DNA of 64,000 nt, taken from NCBI GenBank assembly GCA_004214155.1, contig SGYQ01000002.1, positions 17,429-81,428 of the forward strand, written 5' to 3'. The DNA comes from Burkholderiaceae bacterium. GTDB taxonomy: Bacteria > Pseudomonadota > Gammaproteobacteria > Burkholderiales > Burkholderiaceae_A. Positions 28,161 to 38,700 of this stretch are shown here, in pieces. How positions within the stretch are numbered: position 1 is the first letter of the stretch; each line of letters begins with the position of its first letter. The translations under genes were made by a program, and so were the position numbers. Under the pieces are notes generated by a model. That model searched no databases. It had not been told where the DNA came from and saw only the letters and a list, made by a program, of their open reading frames with translations.

Positions 28161-29518
28161 TGCTCACTGTAACTAAAGTTACCCTTGAAAAAGGTAAGAA
28201 AACCTTATTAAAGGAATTAAGTTTTTCCCTAAATGGTGGCCAGATACTGCAAGTTACAGGCCCTAACGGTGTTGGAAAAACTAGTCTTCTAAGATCTATT
28301 TCTGAAATCTCTTTGCCGATTAAAGGTTTCATCCACTCAACCTTTTTATCCACTTTGTTCATACCAACGAATGGTGGCTACCGGCATGAACTTTCCGTAT
28401 TGCAGATACTAAATGATATGTCAGACGAACGAACAGACACAATTTTGAAAAGACTCGACGAGTTCAGGATTACAGATATCCAAGACAAACCCCTCGCTTC
28501 AATTTCTGATGGGCAAAAAAAAAGGGTAATGTTCGCAGGCATTGACATAAAAGAAAATACACTACTAGTAATAGACGAACCTTTTAACACTTTAGATAAC
28601 GATGGTTTGCTGTTATTGCTGAATGTTTTTTCCGAAATATGTTCCAAAGGAGGTGCCGTTGTACTTTCTACCCACACATCAATAAAAGAAATTATATCTG
28701 CTGTTAATAACAAAGGCTTTTTTAAAGAATTGGAAATTCGTTCGCTTGAGATTTGTCCGCATGATCCCAGAGACTGGAAACTTTCAAAAGGTTCTGAAAG
28801 CTTGAGTGATCAGGGATTAATACAAATTGAAGCGAAAAAAAAATATGGAATTACTAACGAATTTGTCAAAAACATAACCCGCGAATCTCAACTTTTAAAA
28901 AAAGAATTATCAGACCTGAGTTGGCCAATCGTTTTATTTTTGATGATTGTTTGCGTAATTCCTTTAGGGACAACGCTTAATCAAAACGATTTGATAAATA
29001 TCGTAAGCGGTGTTTTTTGGGTCTCCATATTACTCGTAATGATCTTTGCATCAAATAGATTGCTCTACCCAGAGTTCAATCAGGGTGTACTTGACCAACT
29101 GATTGTAAAGAAACGGTCACTTAGTATCTATTGCTTTATAAAGGCTATTATTAACTGGATTTTTGTTGGTTTGCCGATATCGGTTTTATCACTCCCGCTA
29201 TCAATGGCTTACGGTCTACCAGGCCCTTCTGCGATGGCGATGGGTACTAGCCTTGCTATTGGAAGTTTATTTATCTCAGGCGCCTTGATCTTTTTTTCAT
29301 CGTTGGGGCTTATGGCAAGACAAGCACAGACTGTCATATCCCTACTGTCTTTGCCTATTCTTATCCCGCTGATGATATTTGGTTCTGCTATAGTGAGGGG
29401 TACGTTAGATGGAGCATCCGTAAATAATTTATATTTATTACTTACCGGTATGTCGTTGTTTTGTATACTCACCGCCCCTTTTATATGTGAAAAGTTAATT
29501 GTTCTCGCTTCGGAATGA
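28160..29518 (+). CDS. ccmA: Fused heme exporter ATPase and permease, CcmA-CcmB in a single 452-aa ORF
   Basis: Residues 1-~200: Walker A GPNGVGKTS, signature-like ISDGQKKRV, Walker B LLVIDEPFNTLD. Residues ~235-452: six-helix CcmB-like permease (WPIVLFLMIVCVIPLG...). There is no stop or frame change between the halves. Confidence 0.8.
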   Translation: MLTVTKVTLEKGKKTLLKELSFSLNGGQILQVTGPNGVGKTSLLRSISEISLPIKGFIHSTFLSTLFIPTNGGYRHELSVLQILNDMSDERTDTILKRLDEFRITDIQDKPLASISDGQKKRVMFAGIDIKENTLLVIDEPFNTLDNDGLLLLLNVFSEICSKGGAVVLSTHTSIKEIISAVNNKGFFKELEIRSLEICPHDPRDWKLSKGSESLSDQGLIQIEAKKKYGITNEFVKNITRESQLLKKELSDLSWPIVLFLMIVCVIPLGTTLNQNDLINIVSGVFWVSILLVMIFASNRLLYPEFNQGVLDQLIVKKRSLSIYCFIKAIINWIFVGLPISVLSLPLSMAYGLPGPSAMAMGTSLAIGSLFISGALIFFSSLGLMARQAQTVISLLSLPILIPLMIFGSAIVRGTLDGASVNNLYLLLTGMSLFCILTAPFICEKLIVLASE

Positions 29519-29522
29519 CTAA

Positions 29523-30248
29523 ATGTTGCAAAAGATAATTAAGTTATCATCCCCCCCAGTGTTTTATTCGTTTGCCACACGTTCAGTTTACTTGATCGCT
29601 GGGGCAGGGCTTCTATGTCTGTCCTTTGGAATTTGGTACTCATTGTTTATAACTCCGGTGGATGCCCAACAGGGTGAAGTTTACAGGGTTTTATATGTCC
29701 ATGTGCCTGCGGCATGGTTATCAATGTTTATATACGTTGTTGCATGCGCGTATGCGGCAATTTATTGGATTTGGCGCACAGATGTTTCAGCAATCATGTT
29801 GCGCGCTTCGTTACCAACTGGAGCGTGGATGACAGTTCTTGCATTAGTGACTGGCTCGTTATGGGGAAAACCGACTTGGGGTACCTATTGGGTTTGGGAT
29901 GCAAGACTAACCACAGAACTAATATTGCTGTTCATATATTTGGGCCTGATAGCAGTTGGAAAAATGGTTGACGATAGTACAAAAACGGACAGAGCTCTAT
30001 CTCTCATTACTTTGTTTGGTTTTATTAACATTCCCCTAATTTATTTTTCCGTCGTTTTTTGGAACACCCTTCATCAAGGATTTTCTCTTGGTGCAACTCA
30101 GGCAGAAATGGCTCCTGAAATCAAAATCGGGTTGGTTATCTGCACTATAGGGGTTTGGTTAATGTGTTCCTCCACAATATTGGTTCGTGCGAAGGCGCTA
30201 ATATTGGAAAGAGAATGTGATGCTCAATGGGTCAGAACAGCTGTCTAG
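29523..30248 (+). CDS. ccmC: Heme exporter/heme lyase component CcmC
   Basis: Trp-rich WWD motif WGKPTWGTYWVWDARLT. 241 aa. Confidence 0.9.
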   Translation: MLQKIIKLSSPPVFYSFATRSVYLIAGAGLLCLSFGIWYSLFITPVDAQQGEVYRVLYVHVPAAWLSMFIYVVACAYAAIYWIWRTDVSAIMLRASLPTGAWMTVLALVTGSLWGKPTWGTYWVWDARLTTELILLFIYLGLIAVGKMVDDSTKTDRALSLITLFGFINIPLIYFSVVFWNTLHQGFSLGATQAEMAPEIKIGLVICTIGVWLMCSSTILVRAKALILERECDAQWVRTAV

Positions 30249-30258
30249 TGGAAATCAA

Positions 30259-30405
30259 ATGAGTCATGAGACTATTGTTTGGATTTGTTTTACTCTCACA
30301 CTTGTAGTGATTTTCTTCGATTTCCTGTTGGGGCTGATTAATCTTAAACGAAAGGAACAAAATATTAAGAAAGACCTCAAACTTAGTGATAATGACTCCG
30401 TGTGA
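30259..30405 (+). CDS. ccmD: Heme exporter protein CcmD
   Basis: ORF track 30217..30405. Start set to Met15 (MSHETIVWICFTLTLVVIFFDFLLGLINLKRKEQ), giving a 48-aa single-TM protein with a basic tail, located between ccmC and ccmE. Confidence 0.7.
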   Translation: MSHETIVWICFTLTLVVIFFDFLLGLINLKRKEQNIKKDLKLSDNDSV

Positions 30406-30414
30406 GATGTTTAA

Positions 30415-30837
30415 ATGCTTTTTAATGAAAATAGGATAAAGCGGCTTTTTTGGGTTTTTCTGATCGTGTTGTCTGGCGGGCTAATAATCTTTGCTGCCCT
30501 CAAGACTTTTGAGAAAAATTTAGTGTTTTTCTATACCCCCTCTCAAATTCTTAATGGAGAAGCTCCAAAAAATAGACCGATTCGAATAGGGGGCATGGTA
30601 GAACCAAACTCCATTAATAGAGACGAACACTCATTAGCAGTTGAATTTAATGTTGTGGATGATAAAAACTCACTGATAAAGGTTACATACAGCGGTGTTG
30701 TTCCAGACCTATTTAAAGAAGGAAAGGGAGTCGTCGCTCAAGGAGAATATGTAGATGGAATTTTCCAATCTACAGAGATTCTAGCGAAGCATGATGAAAA
30801 CTACATGCCCCCTGACCTTTCGATTGCAACCAAATAG
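30415..30837 (+). CDS. ccmE: Cytochrome c-type biogenesis heme chaperone CcmE
   Basis: N-terminal anchor, OB-fold length, heme-binding His in LAKHDENYMPP. Confidence 0.9.
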   Translation: MLFNENRIKRLFWVFLIVLSGGLIIFAALKTFEKNLVFFYTPSQILNGEAPKNRPIRIGGMVEPNSINRDEHSLAVEFNVVDDKNSLIKVTYSGVVPDLFKEGKGVVAQGEYVDGIFQSTEILAKHDENYMPPDLSIATK

Positions 30838-30845
30838 AAGGTAAG

Positions 30846-32918
30846 ATGTTCGCCGAAATCTCCCAATTATTACTTTGTTTGAGTCTTTCATTAAGCTTAT
30901 ATTTCGGAATCAAAGGATTAGCATTATCCTATTCTGCAAATTTTCAAACATGCTCCCATCTCATCTCTAAGAGTTTAGCCCGAACTTCTGTTTTGATTAG
31001 CGTGCTGATATTGTCTTGCTTTCTTTTATTAATGCAACTTTTCATTGTTAGTGATTTTTCCGTACTATTAGTTGCTACACATTCGAATGCCCTTCTTCCA
31101 ATTCAGTATAAAATCGCAGCAACATGGGGCTCACATGAAGGTTCGTTTTTACTCTGGGTGTTAATGTTAGCATGTTGGAATACATCAGTGACATTATTTT
31201 CTCATACAAAAGATGATTTTTTTTATGTTCGTACGACCTCCATAATGCTACTTTTGATAGGCGTTTTTCTGTTGTACTTAATTTTCGCTTCGAATCCATT
31301 TACTAGGATTTTTCCAGCTCCATTGACTGGACAGGACCTCAACCCTTTATTACAAGATCCGTTTATGGTGATTCACCCTCCCATGCTTTATATGGGGTAC
31401 GTAGGTTTTGCAGTTTGTTTTTCAATGGCTGTTGCTGCTCTAACAACGGGTGAGGTTAATTCTCAATGGGCAAAATTGTCAAGACCATGGGCTAATGCAG
31501 CCTGGGCTTTTTTAACACTCGGAATTTTATTAGGAAGTTGGTGGGCATACCGAGAATTAGGCTGGGGCGGCTGGTGGTTTTGGGATCCAGTAGAAAATGC
31601 CTCCCTTATGCCATGGTTTGCAGGCGCAGCTCTCGTTCACTCTCTTGCAGTAACTGATAAAAGAAATGCTATGAAAAGCTGGGCAATACTTTTAGCAATT
31701 ATAGCCTTTGGGTTCTCTTTACTCGGGACGTTTTTAGTTCGCTCAGGCGTGCTAACGTCGGTGCACTCGTTTGCAAGCGACCCAACAAGAGGCGTATTCA
31801 TTTTAATAATGACTGCTGGTATTATTGGAGCAGCTTTAATTCTCTATGCACTCCGAGCAAGCGAGTTTAAGCTAGGTCAAAAATTTTCACCAATCTCCAA
31901 AGAAAGTTTATTACTTGTAAATAACGTCGTTATGACAGCCGCTTTGTCTGTTGTGATGATAGGAACCCTTTACCCCCTTATTGCTGAAGTTTTAACCGGA
32001 AGAAAAATGTCCGTGGGCCCGCCCTATTTCAATTCGGTCATCACTCCAATATTAGTGCCGGCAGTTTTTTTAATGAGTCTTGCTCCATGGATGCTATGGA
32101 AAGATTCCAAGTTACTTCCTGCGCTTAAGAGTATTGCCATCCCGGCTTTTGTTGGAGGTTTGGTTGCAATTACCTTTATGTTGATTAATGAAAAAACGAC
32201 AATATCGACAGCGTTGGGGATTCTGTTTTCTGTTTGTTTGTTATTAGGTACGATTTACTCGGCCATTCATAGGTTGCATCTGCTGAAAATCAATGCCAGA
32301 CAAAACAAGGATCCTGATGGAGTTTTACTGCAAAAAAGAGTTAGAAAGCTAGGGTCATCCTACTGGGGTATGTTTATTGGTCACTGTGGTTTAGCGATCT
32401 TTGCTCTGGGAGTAACGTTCGTTATGTCCTTTCAGGTCGAAAAAGACATTGTATTGAAACCCTCAGAGGTGTATCAGTTGGGAGGCTATTCCGTTAAATT
32501 TGTTGGAGTTCGTCCTATATCTGGAGTGAATTTTAACGGTGTAGAGGGAATATTCGAATTAAGAAAGGATGGTGAAACAAAAGCGCGTGTATTAAATCCC
32601 CAAAAACGTAAATACATAAGATCAGATGATCCTATGACAGAAGCTGCAGTGGATTATGGATTTTTTGGTGATGTTTACTTGTCGTTGGGAGAGGCTACAA
32701 ATTTGCAAAATATTGAAGAAACGTCGTGGACTATTCGTGCTAGTTATAAGCCACTCATGGTTTGGGTTTGGATCGGTTGTTTGTTTATGGCAATAGGTGG
32801 TTTTGTAGCAATTTTTGGAAAAAAACAAAGCCTTGCAATGCCATCAAAAAATGAGAGACTTGCTATGAATACGAATTTAGCTAACAAACAAAATGAGAAA
32901 ACAGTAAAACCTACATGA
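30846..32918 (+). CDS. ccmF: Cytochrome c heme lyase subunit CcmF
   Basis: 690 aa, polytopic, WWD motif WGGWWFWDPVENASLMPW. Confidence 0.9.
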   Translation: MFAEISQLLLCLSLSLSLYFGIKGLALSYSANFQTCSHLISKSLARTSVLISVLILSCFLLLMQLFIVSDFSVLLVATHSNALLPIQYKIAATWGSHEGSFLLWVLMLACWNTSVTLFSHTKDDFFYVRTTSIMLLLIGVFLLYLIFASNPFTRIFPAPLTGQDLNPLLQDPFMVIHPPMLYMGYVGFAVCFSMAVAALTTGEVNSQWAKLSRPWANAAWAFLTLGILLGSWWAYRELGWGGWWFWDPVENASLMPWFAGAALVHSLAVTDKRNAMKSWAILLAIIAFGFSLLGTFLVRSGVLTSVHSFASDPTRGVFILIMTAGIIGAALILYALRASEFKLGQKFSPISKESLLLVNNVVMTAALSVVMIGTLYPLIAEVLTGRKMSVGPPYFNSVITPILVPAVFLMSLAPWMLWKDSKLLPALKSIAIPAFVGGLVAITFMLINEKTTISTALGILFSVCLLLGTIYSAIHRLHLLKINARQNKDPDGVLLQKRVRKLGSSYWGMFIGHCGLAIFALGVTFVMSFQVEKDIVLKPSEVYQLGGYSVKFVGVRPISGVNFNGVEGIFELRKDGETKARVLNPQKRKYIRSDDPMTEAAVDYGFFGDVYLSLGEATNLQNIEETSWTIRASYKPLMVWVWIGCLFMAIGGFVAIFGKKQSLAMPSKNERLAMNTNLANKQNEKTVKPT

Positions 32919-33466
32919 AACGTATTGCGATATGGCTTCCCATTGGACTATTAGCCGGATTGATTGTCTTATTTGTGTTTGGACTGCAAAATGATCCTAA
33001 ACGCATTCCTTCTGTCCTGATTGGAAAAGAAGCCCCCAAGTTTGCTCTAAACACCCTAAATAAAGACGGTTCAATCAGTCAGCCAAAAATTAGTAGCACA
33101 TCTTTTAACGGGCAAGTTTGGCTTTTAAATGTTTTTGCCTCATGGTGTGTTACTTGTCAAATAGAGCATAAACATCTGATGGAAATCGTAAAAATGAATC
33201 CCAATTTAATGCTTGTCGGTCTGGCTTATAAAGACGACCCACCTGCAACTGCAAATTGGTTGAAGAAATTTGGAAACCCTTATTCTACGGTGTTGATAGA
33301 CCGTGAAGGTTTAGTAGGTATCGACTGGGGAGTTTACGGAGTACCTGAAACTTTTATAATCAATAATAATGGGGTGATAGTTTATAAGAACATCGGTGCA
33401 ATTGATGGCAATTTTTATAAAAACGAAATAGAACCGTTTTTAGGAAAAGCAAACCAAATTAATTAA
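32915..33466 (+). CDS. ccmG: Thiol:disulfide oxidoreductase CcmG/DsbE
   Basis: N-terminal anchor, thioredoxin CXXC (WCVTC) and GVYGVPETF. Confidence 0.9.
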   Translation: MKRIAIWLPIGLLAGLIVLFVFGLQNDPKRIPSVLIGKEAPKFALNTLNKDGSISQPKISSTSFNGQVWLLNVFASWCVTCQIEHKHLMEIVKMNPNLMLVGLAYKDDPPATANWLKKFGNPYSTVLIDREGLVGIDWGVYGVPETFIINNNGVIVYKNIGAIDGNFYKNEIEPFLGKANQIN

Positions 33467-33484
33467 AAATCACGAAATAATTTT

Positions 33485-33847
33485 ATGGAAAATAGTGCTT
33501 CGAAAACCGTAAATTCTGATGCTTTTCAAACTGTCGTTAATGAAGAGCGTTTTCAAAATTTAACAAATGAATTGAGATGCCTAGTTTGTCAGAACCAAAC
33601 GATTGCTGAATCCAATGCAACGCTGGCGGTTGACTTAAAAAAGCAGGTTGCTAAGCAGATTACCGAAGGAAAGAGTGATCAGGAAATTCTTCAATTTATG
33701 GAAGAGCGATACGGCGAATTCGTATTGTACAATCCTCCCGTTTCTGCAGAAAATTCTTTTCTCTGGTTGGGTCCATTTGTCGTACTTGTTATTGCAGTAT
33801 TTATTTTATTTGCTGCTCTTAAGCGTCAGAGTAAATCGAAGGAATAG
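33485..33847 (+). CDS. ccmH: Cytochrome c maturation protein CcmH (CcmL/CycL type)
   Basis: LRCLVCQNQ (LRCxxC) motif and a C-terminal TM helix. 120 aa. Confidence 0.85.
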   Translation: MENSASKTVNSDAFQTVVNEERFQNLTNELRCLVCQNQTIAESNATLAVDLKKQVAKQITEGKSDQEILQFMEERYGEFVLYNPPVSAENSFLWLGPFVVLVIAVFILFAALKRQSKSKE

Positions 33848-33849
33848 AC

Positions 33850-34209
33850 TTACCGTTTATTAAAAGGATATCCTTTTATTCTAAGATCGTTATGCATATA
33901 TAGTTCTAGCAAGATAGCTTCGAATACAGGTTGAATAATTCCAGGACTTGATCCTAATAACTTTCGCAATGCCTCTGCGGAGATTTCTATACAAGTAACT
34001 TCACCTTTGGCTTTTGCAGATACTGCTCGAACTCCGCCATCTAGGATTGCTTGTTCTCCAAATGATGCTCCTGGTTTTAGGATTGCAACCTGTTTATTCG
34101 TATCGGGATCAAAAAGCTCAACTTCGCCAGCTTTTAAAACAAAAAAGTTTTCGGCTCGATCCTTTTTTTGGAATAACATCTCTCCATCTTTATAGGTGAC
34201 ATCAGCCAT
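33850..34209 (-). CDS. Stand-alone cyclic-nucleotide-binding (cNMP) domain protein, no output domain
   Basis: 119 aa: LFQKKDRAENFFVLKAGEVELF...LKPGASFGEQAILDGGVRAVSAKA. This is a beta-barrel with an FGE...R.A phosphate-binding-cassette-like segment. Confidence 0.7.
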   Translation of the reverse strand: MADVTYKDGEMLFQKKDRAENFFVLKAGEVELFDPDTNKQVAILKPGASFGEQAILDGGVRAVSAKAKGEVTCIEISAEALRKLLGSSPGIIQPVFEAILLELYMHNDLRIKGYPFNKR

Positions 34210-34223
34210 TGACTACTATCGTT

Positions 34224-34718
34224 TCAATCATTTTTTAGATAATTTGGAATATTGATTCCCTGCCCTAATATTCTTTCTATTGTCATTCGACAAACAGCTT
34301 TTAAGCCGGTATTAGTCAACTGCAGTTCTCTCATCGCATTTGGAATCGGGATAATTTTGCAATTTATAAATTCTTTCACTTTATAAGTGTGGCGCAAAGG
34401 AGTCTCCGATAATCCTTCAGCTAACCCAAGTACGGAACCCGGCCCCAATGTATATTCATGTTCACCATCAGTACACTCAACCGAGCCCATTGTGATGGCA
34501 TAAGCGCTCAATGGGACATCTCCTTTTTTTAGAATTTCGATGCCTACATCAAAAACTCCAATTTTCAATTTATCGGATGCCCATACCTTAAAGAAAAGTC
34601 TTTCCTGACTAGACATCTCTTTTTTTTCAAAAAGTTCAATGGTGCTTTTGAGCCTAGCATCCGCAAGGCTTAGCTCTTTGTATAAATCTCTGTTGATTTG
34701 GAATTTTGCCTGCGCCAT
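34224..34718 (-). CDS. Hypothetical protein, possibly a degenerate cNMP-binding-like domain
   Basis: 164 aa. ILKKGDVPLSAYAITMGSVEC...LGPGSVLGLAEGLSETPLRHTYKV follows the cNMP barrel spacing but lacks a canonical FGE..R(S/T)A cassette. Co-oriented with, and 14 nt upstream of, the 119-aa cNMP protein. Confidence 0.45.
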   Translation of the reverse strand: MAQAKFQINRDLYKELSLADARLKSTIELFEKKEMSSQERLFFKVWASDKLKIGVFDVGIEILKKGDVPLSAYAITMGSVECTDGEHEYTLGPGSVLGLAEGLSETPLRHTYKVKEFINCKIIPIPNAMRELQLTNTGLKAVCRMTIERILGQGINIPNYLKND

Positions 34719-34787
34719 TTTGTTTTGGAGATCTCAATTTGGTAGAATAGAGGTTGAATTATAGCGCAATTGAATTGTGAGGGGCTA

Positions 34788-35669
34788 ATGTTAAAAACCC
34801 GTTTTTGGGGAGTGCGAGGCACAATAGCCTGTCCTTATGACAGCTATATGAAATATGGGGGTAATACCTCATGCGTAACTGTGCAGTGTGATGACACGTT
34901 ACTGGTTTTTGACTCAGGTACTGGCATTCTTCCGTTGGGAAATAAACTCATGGCAAATGGTAATGTGAATGGAAGTGGGAATATCAGCGTTTTTTTCTCG
35001 CACACACATTGGGACCACATAAGCGGGTTTCCATTTTTCAAACCTGCTTACGCACCAAACTTTAATCTTGATCTATATTGCGGCAATCTCAAAAAACACG
35101 GAAGCTCAATTTTTGAAGTTTTATCGCATCAAATGGCGAACCCAACGTTTCCCGTGCCTATTGATATCCTGCAAGCGAAAATGCAATATCATGATTTCGA
35201 TGCAGGAGAAAATATTAAGCTATCTGATGAGATTCATCTTGACACTTGCTTGTTGAATCACCCGAAAGGTGCTACTGGATATCGTGTGAATTTCAAGGGT
35301 ATATCCGTTTGTTATGTTACAGATACGGAGCATAAAAAAGATGGACTTGACGAGAATATTCTTAAGCTAATAGAAAATACCGACCTTTTCATTTATGACT
35401 CGACGTATACAGAAGAGGAGTATCCAAATTTTGAAGGTTGGGGGCACTCTACCTGGCAAGAAGGGGTTCGATTATCCAAAGAGGCAGGTGTGAAAAATTA
35501 CGCAATTTTTCATCATGACCCCTCTCATGATGACGATTTTATGGACGAGGTGGAACTTGATGCAAAAAAAACGCTTGCGAGTGCATTTGTTGCTAAAGAG
35601 GGCATGGAAATTGAGTTTAATGGCACTTGTAGTGGTATTAAGTTTGGAAAATTTGATGACAAACCCTGA
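34788..35669 (+). CDS. MBL-fold metallo-hydrolase (HxHxDH); candidate phosphodiesterase
   Basis: ORF track 34770..35669. Start set to MLKTRFWGVRGT (ATG 34788). Motif FFSHTHWDHISGFPFF plus downstream His/Asp ligands (LLNHPKGATGY, VTDTEH, IFHHDPSHDD). Confidence 0.75.
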   Translation: MLKTRFWGVRGTIACPYDSYMKYGGNTSCVTVQCDDTLLVFDSGTGILPLGNKLMANGNVNGSGNISVFFSHTHWDHISGFPFFKPAYAPNFNLDLYCGNLKKHGSSIFEVLSHQMANPTFPVPIDILQAKMQYHDFDAGENIKLSDEIHLDTCLLNHPKGATGYRVNFKGISVCYVTDTEHKKDGLDENILKLIENTDLFIYDSTYTEEEYPNFEGWGHSTWQEGVRLSKEAGVKNYAIFHHDPSHDDDFMDEVELDAKKTLASAFVAKEGMEIEFNGTCSGIKFGKFDDKP

Positions 35670-35784
35670 TTTTAGAATAATAGGATTAGGTATTGCTGAT
35701 ATGAATTTTGTCTACCTGATGGCAAAAGGTGGTAGTTATGGAAGTTATAGCAGGACCTATAAGAACACTCGGGGATAGATAGAC

Positions 35785-38700
35785 TTGAACAAAATTTTTA
35801 AAACAAAATATTGTGAGAAACGGCAAACCTATCTTGCTACTCATGAAAAGGCAAAAATTGGTGTGCCGGCAACTAGTTCTGCTTCAAATGGACGAATTTG
35901 TCTAAAATATAACGTAATTGCATTAGCCATAAGCGCTTTGTTTACACAACCTCTGTTAGCACAAGGTTTAGTAAATCCCAATGTTGTCGCTGGTCAGGCA
36001 ACTATCAATGCAGTCAATCAAACCAATACCGTAATTCAACAAACAACAAATAAGGCTGTAATCAATTGGGAAAAATTCACAATCCCAAAGGATAACTCGG
36101 TCAATTTTCAACAACCGGATACAAGTAGCATTACGCTCAATCGTGTTTTAGGTAGTCAAAAATCAGAGATTCATGGACGTTTAAAGGCAAACGGTCAGGT
36201 TTGGCTACTAAATCCAAATGGCACATTGATCGGAGAAAATGGTTCTATCAATGCTCATGGCTTTATGGCAACTACGCATCAAATCTCCAATGATCAGTTT
36301 ATGAATGGAAACTATTCTTTACAAAAAAACAATAGGTTAAGCGGAGATATTCAGAATTTAGGTGTAATTGATATTTCTGATGGTGGATATGCGGTTTTGT
36401 CAGCAGATAAGGTTGTAAATGAAGGTGTAATTGGAGCGCGACTAGGAACTGTTGCTTTGGCAGCAGGAGAGGCAATTACCATTGATTTGGTTGGGGATCA
36501 GTTATTGAGCTTTCAAGTAGATTCGGCAACTTCTGATGGGTCGCGAAAAAGTGTAACAAACTCTGGAACAATTTCCGCACATGGTGGACATGTTCTATTA
36601 ACTGCAAAAGCAGCAAGTAATATTGTGGAAAGTGTGGTGAATTCTACTGGAGTCGTAGAAGCAGTTTCTGTTGAAAAGAAAAATGGAAAGATAGTATTTT
36701 CATCAGGCAGTAAAGGCACAACATCGATTGAAGGAACTGTAGATGTTTCTGGAAAAAACAGCGAAGAAACAGCAGGTTCGGTTGAGATCTTCGGAAAAGA
36801 CGTAAAGGTTGCAAACGCAAAAATTGATGCAACTGGAAGTGCTGGTGGAGGAAATGTATACGTAGGTGGTGGTTGGCAAGGAGCAAAGGTAGGAGATCAT
36901 GAGGCGGCGAAAACTGTAACGGTTTCTTCAGATTCCCTGATTGATGCAAGTGCTATTTCTGAGGGCGATGGAGGGGAAGTTGTGATTTGGTCGGATGTTC
37001 CAGACCCCTCTTCCGTGACTCGAGCCCACGGGGTACTCAAAGCAGAAGGGGGAGAGCATTCGGGAGATGGAGGAAAGGTAGAAACCTCAGGAAATGCTCT
37101 CCATACACAAAATATTCAGGTTAGTACACGGGCAAAAAATGGTGAATTTGGATTATGGCTTTTAGACCCAACTACGATCACCATTGGGAACGGAACAGAC
37201 AACAATACTCTTGTAAGCGGTGAGTATACCTATGATGGAGGCGATGCAAATGGCTTCATAGATGGACCCACTCTAAACGCATCCTTAGATGGTAATAATG
37301 TAGGCATTACTGCTGATAATATTACGTTGGCAGAAAGTTATAGCGATTCCTATGCCACTACCCTAACTTTAAATGCTACATCCGTTATCACTCTAACAGG
37401 TTCTTTTAATCGATCTGCAGGCACCATTATAGCGAATGCCGGGACCACATTAACCGGTGCTGGAGGACTTGCTTGCGGAGCAGCTTGTACCGTTTCCATA
37501 GGATCTGATAGCACGACATACACAGGGATAATTAATACTCCAAGCTTTACAAAACAGGGCTCTGGGACATTAACCCTTTCAGCAATAAATACCATGGAAG
37601 AGTCCACGGTTCTTAATGGCGGAATCAAAATAAGTAATGGTGGCGCATTAGGAGCAGGAGCTGTAGGCGTACACGATGGAGCTTTTGTAGATTTGAATGG
37701 ACAAATTGTATCGAACTCATTTGAGGTGCAAGGGGGAGTCAGTGGAGGTGGAGCTCTCAAAAACACAAGTGGAACACTTGCCCGGATAACTGCTACAAAC
37801 AATGGAACCGTTGCTATAAGGGGTGTTGGTAATGATACAAGGACAAAAATTGGAGGAAGTGGCGATCTTTCGATAGAAGTTCCGATTACCAATGCAACCG
37901 GTGTAACAACAGCAAAATTATTAAAAGGTGGTGGAACAGGAAAACTTTATTTAAAAGCTGCGAATACCTACAATGGGGGCACACAAATATACAGCGGTAC
38001 CGTAGTCGCTGACCATAGTGCGGCTTTGGGAAGCACTGGTAACATTGAGTTTACTGGAGGGATCCTTGGTATAACGGGAAACACTCAGGCCTTGGGCTCT
38101 GATCGAATTGGCAGTGGTTCGACGGCTACTGTAAATCTTGATGTTGGTGATGGTGTCAATTATGGGTTAACCGGTATCGCTTATTCGGGCGGATCATCTT
38201 CCTCATTAATCAAAACGGGTTCAGGAAATTTAGCCTTTATTGGAACTACTGCATTTCGAAATGGTGTGGATGTTCAGGCAGGTGATGTTGCCATAGGTGA
38301 TAATTCCACCGCAACAACTTTTAGCGGAAATTTACAGATTGCAAGTGGCTCAAATGTAAATTTCTTACCCACTTCCTCTATGACGTATACAGGGGCAATC
38401 GCAGGTTCTGGTTCTATAAATATTCAAGGAACCGGTAGCCAACGATTAATTTTCAATGGAAACACTGCAAGCTATAGTGGAACCACAAATGTTACTTCTG
38501 CAGTTTTTCAGGTAGGAGATGGTACAGCAAGGAGCTTTCAGGACCATGCTGGCACAGTAAATATCGATACAAATAGTGCACTAGAATTAAACCCTGGTAC
38601 ATCAGGCACTATCACAACATTAATTAATAGCGAAGGTTCAATCCGCAACATTGCCGCACAAGATATTACGTTCAGCAATATTAGTGCTCACACCGGCTCG

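Noticed and set aside
37350-37892. 180-aa minus-strand ORF antisense to the beta-helix repeat region of tpsA
   Set aside because: Low-complexity, no recognisable motif, and entirely nested in tpsA. Gly/Thr/Ala-rich repeat coding regions commonly keep the opposite strand open.
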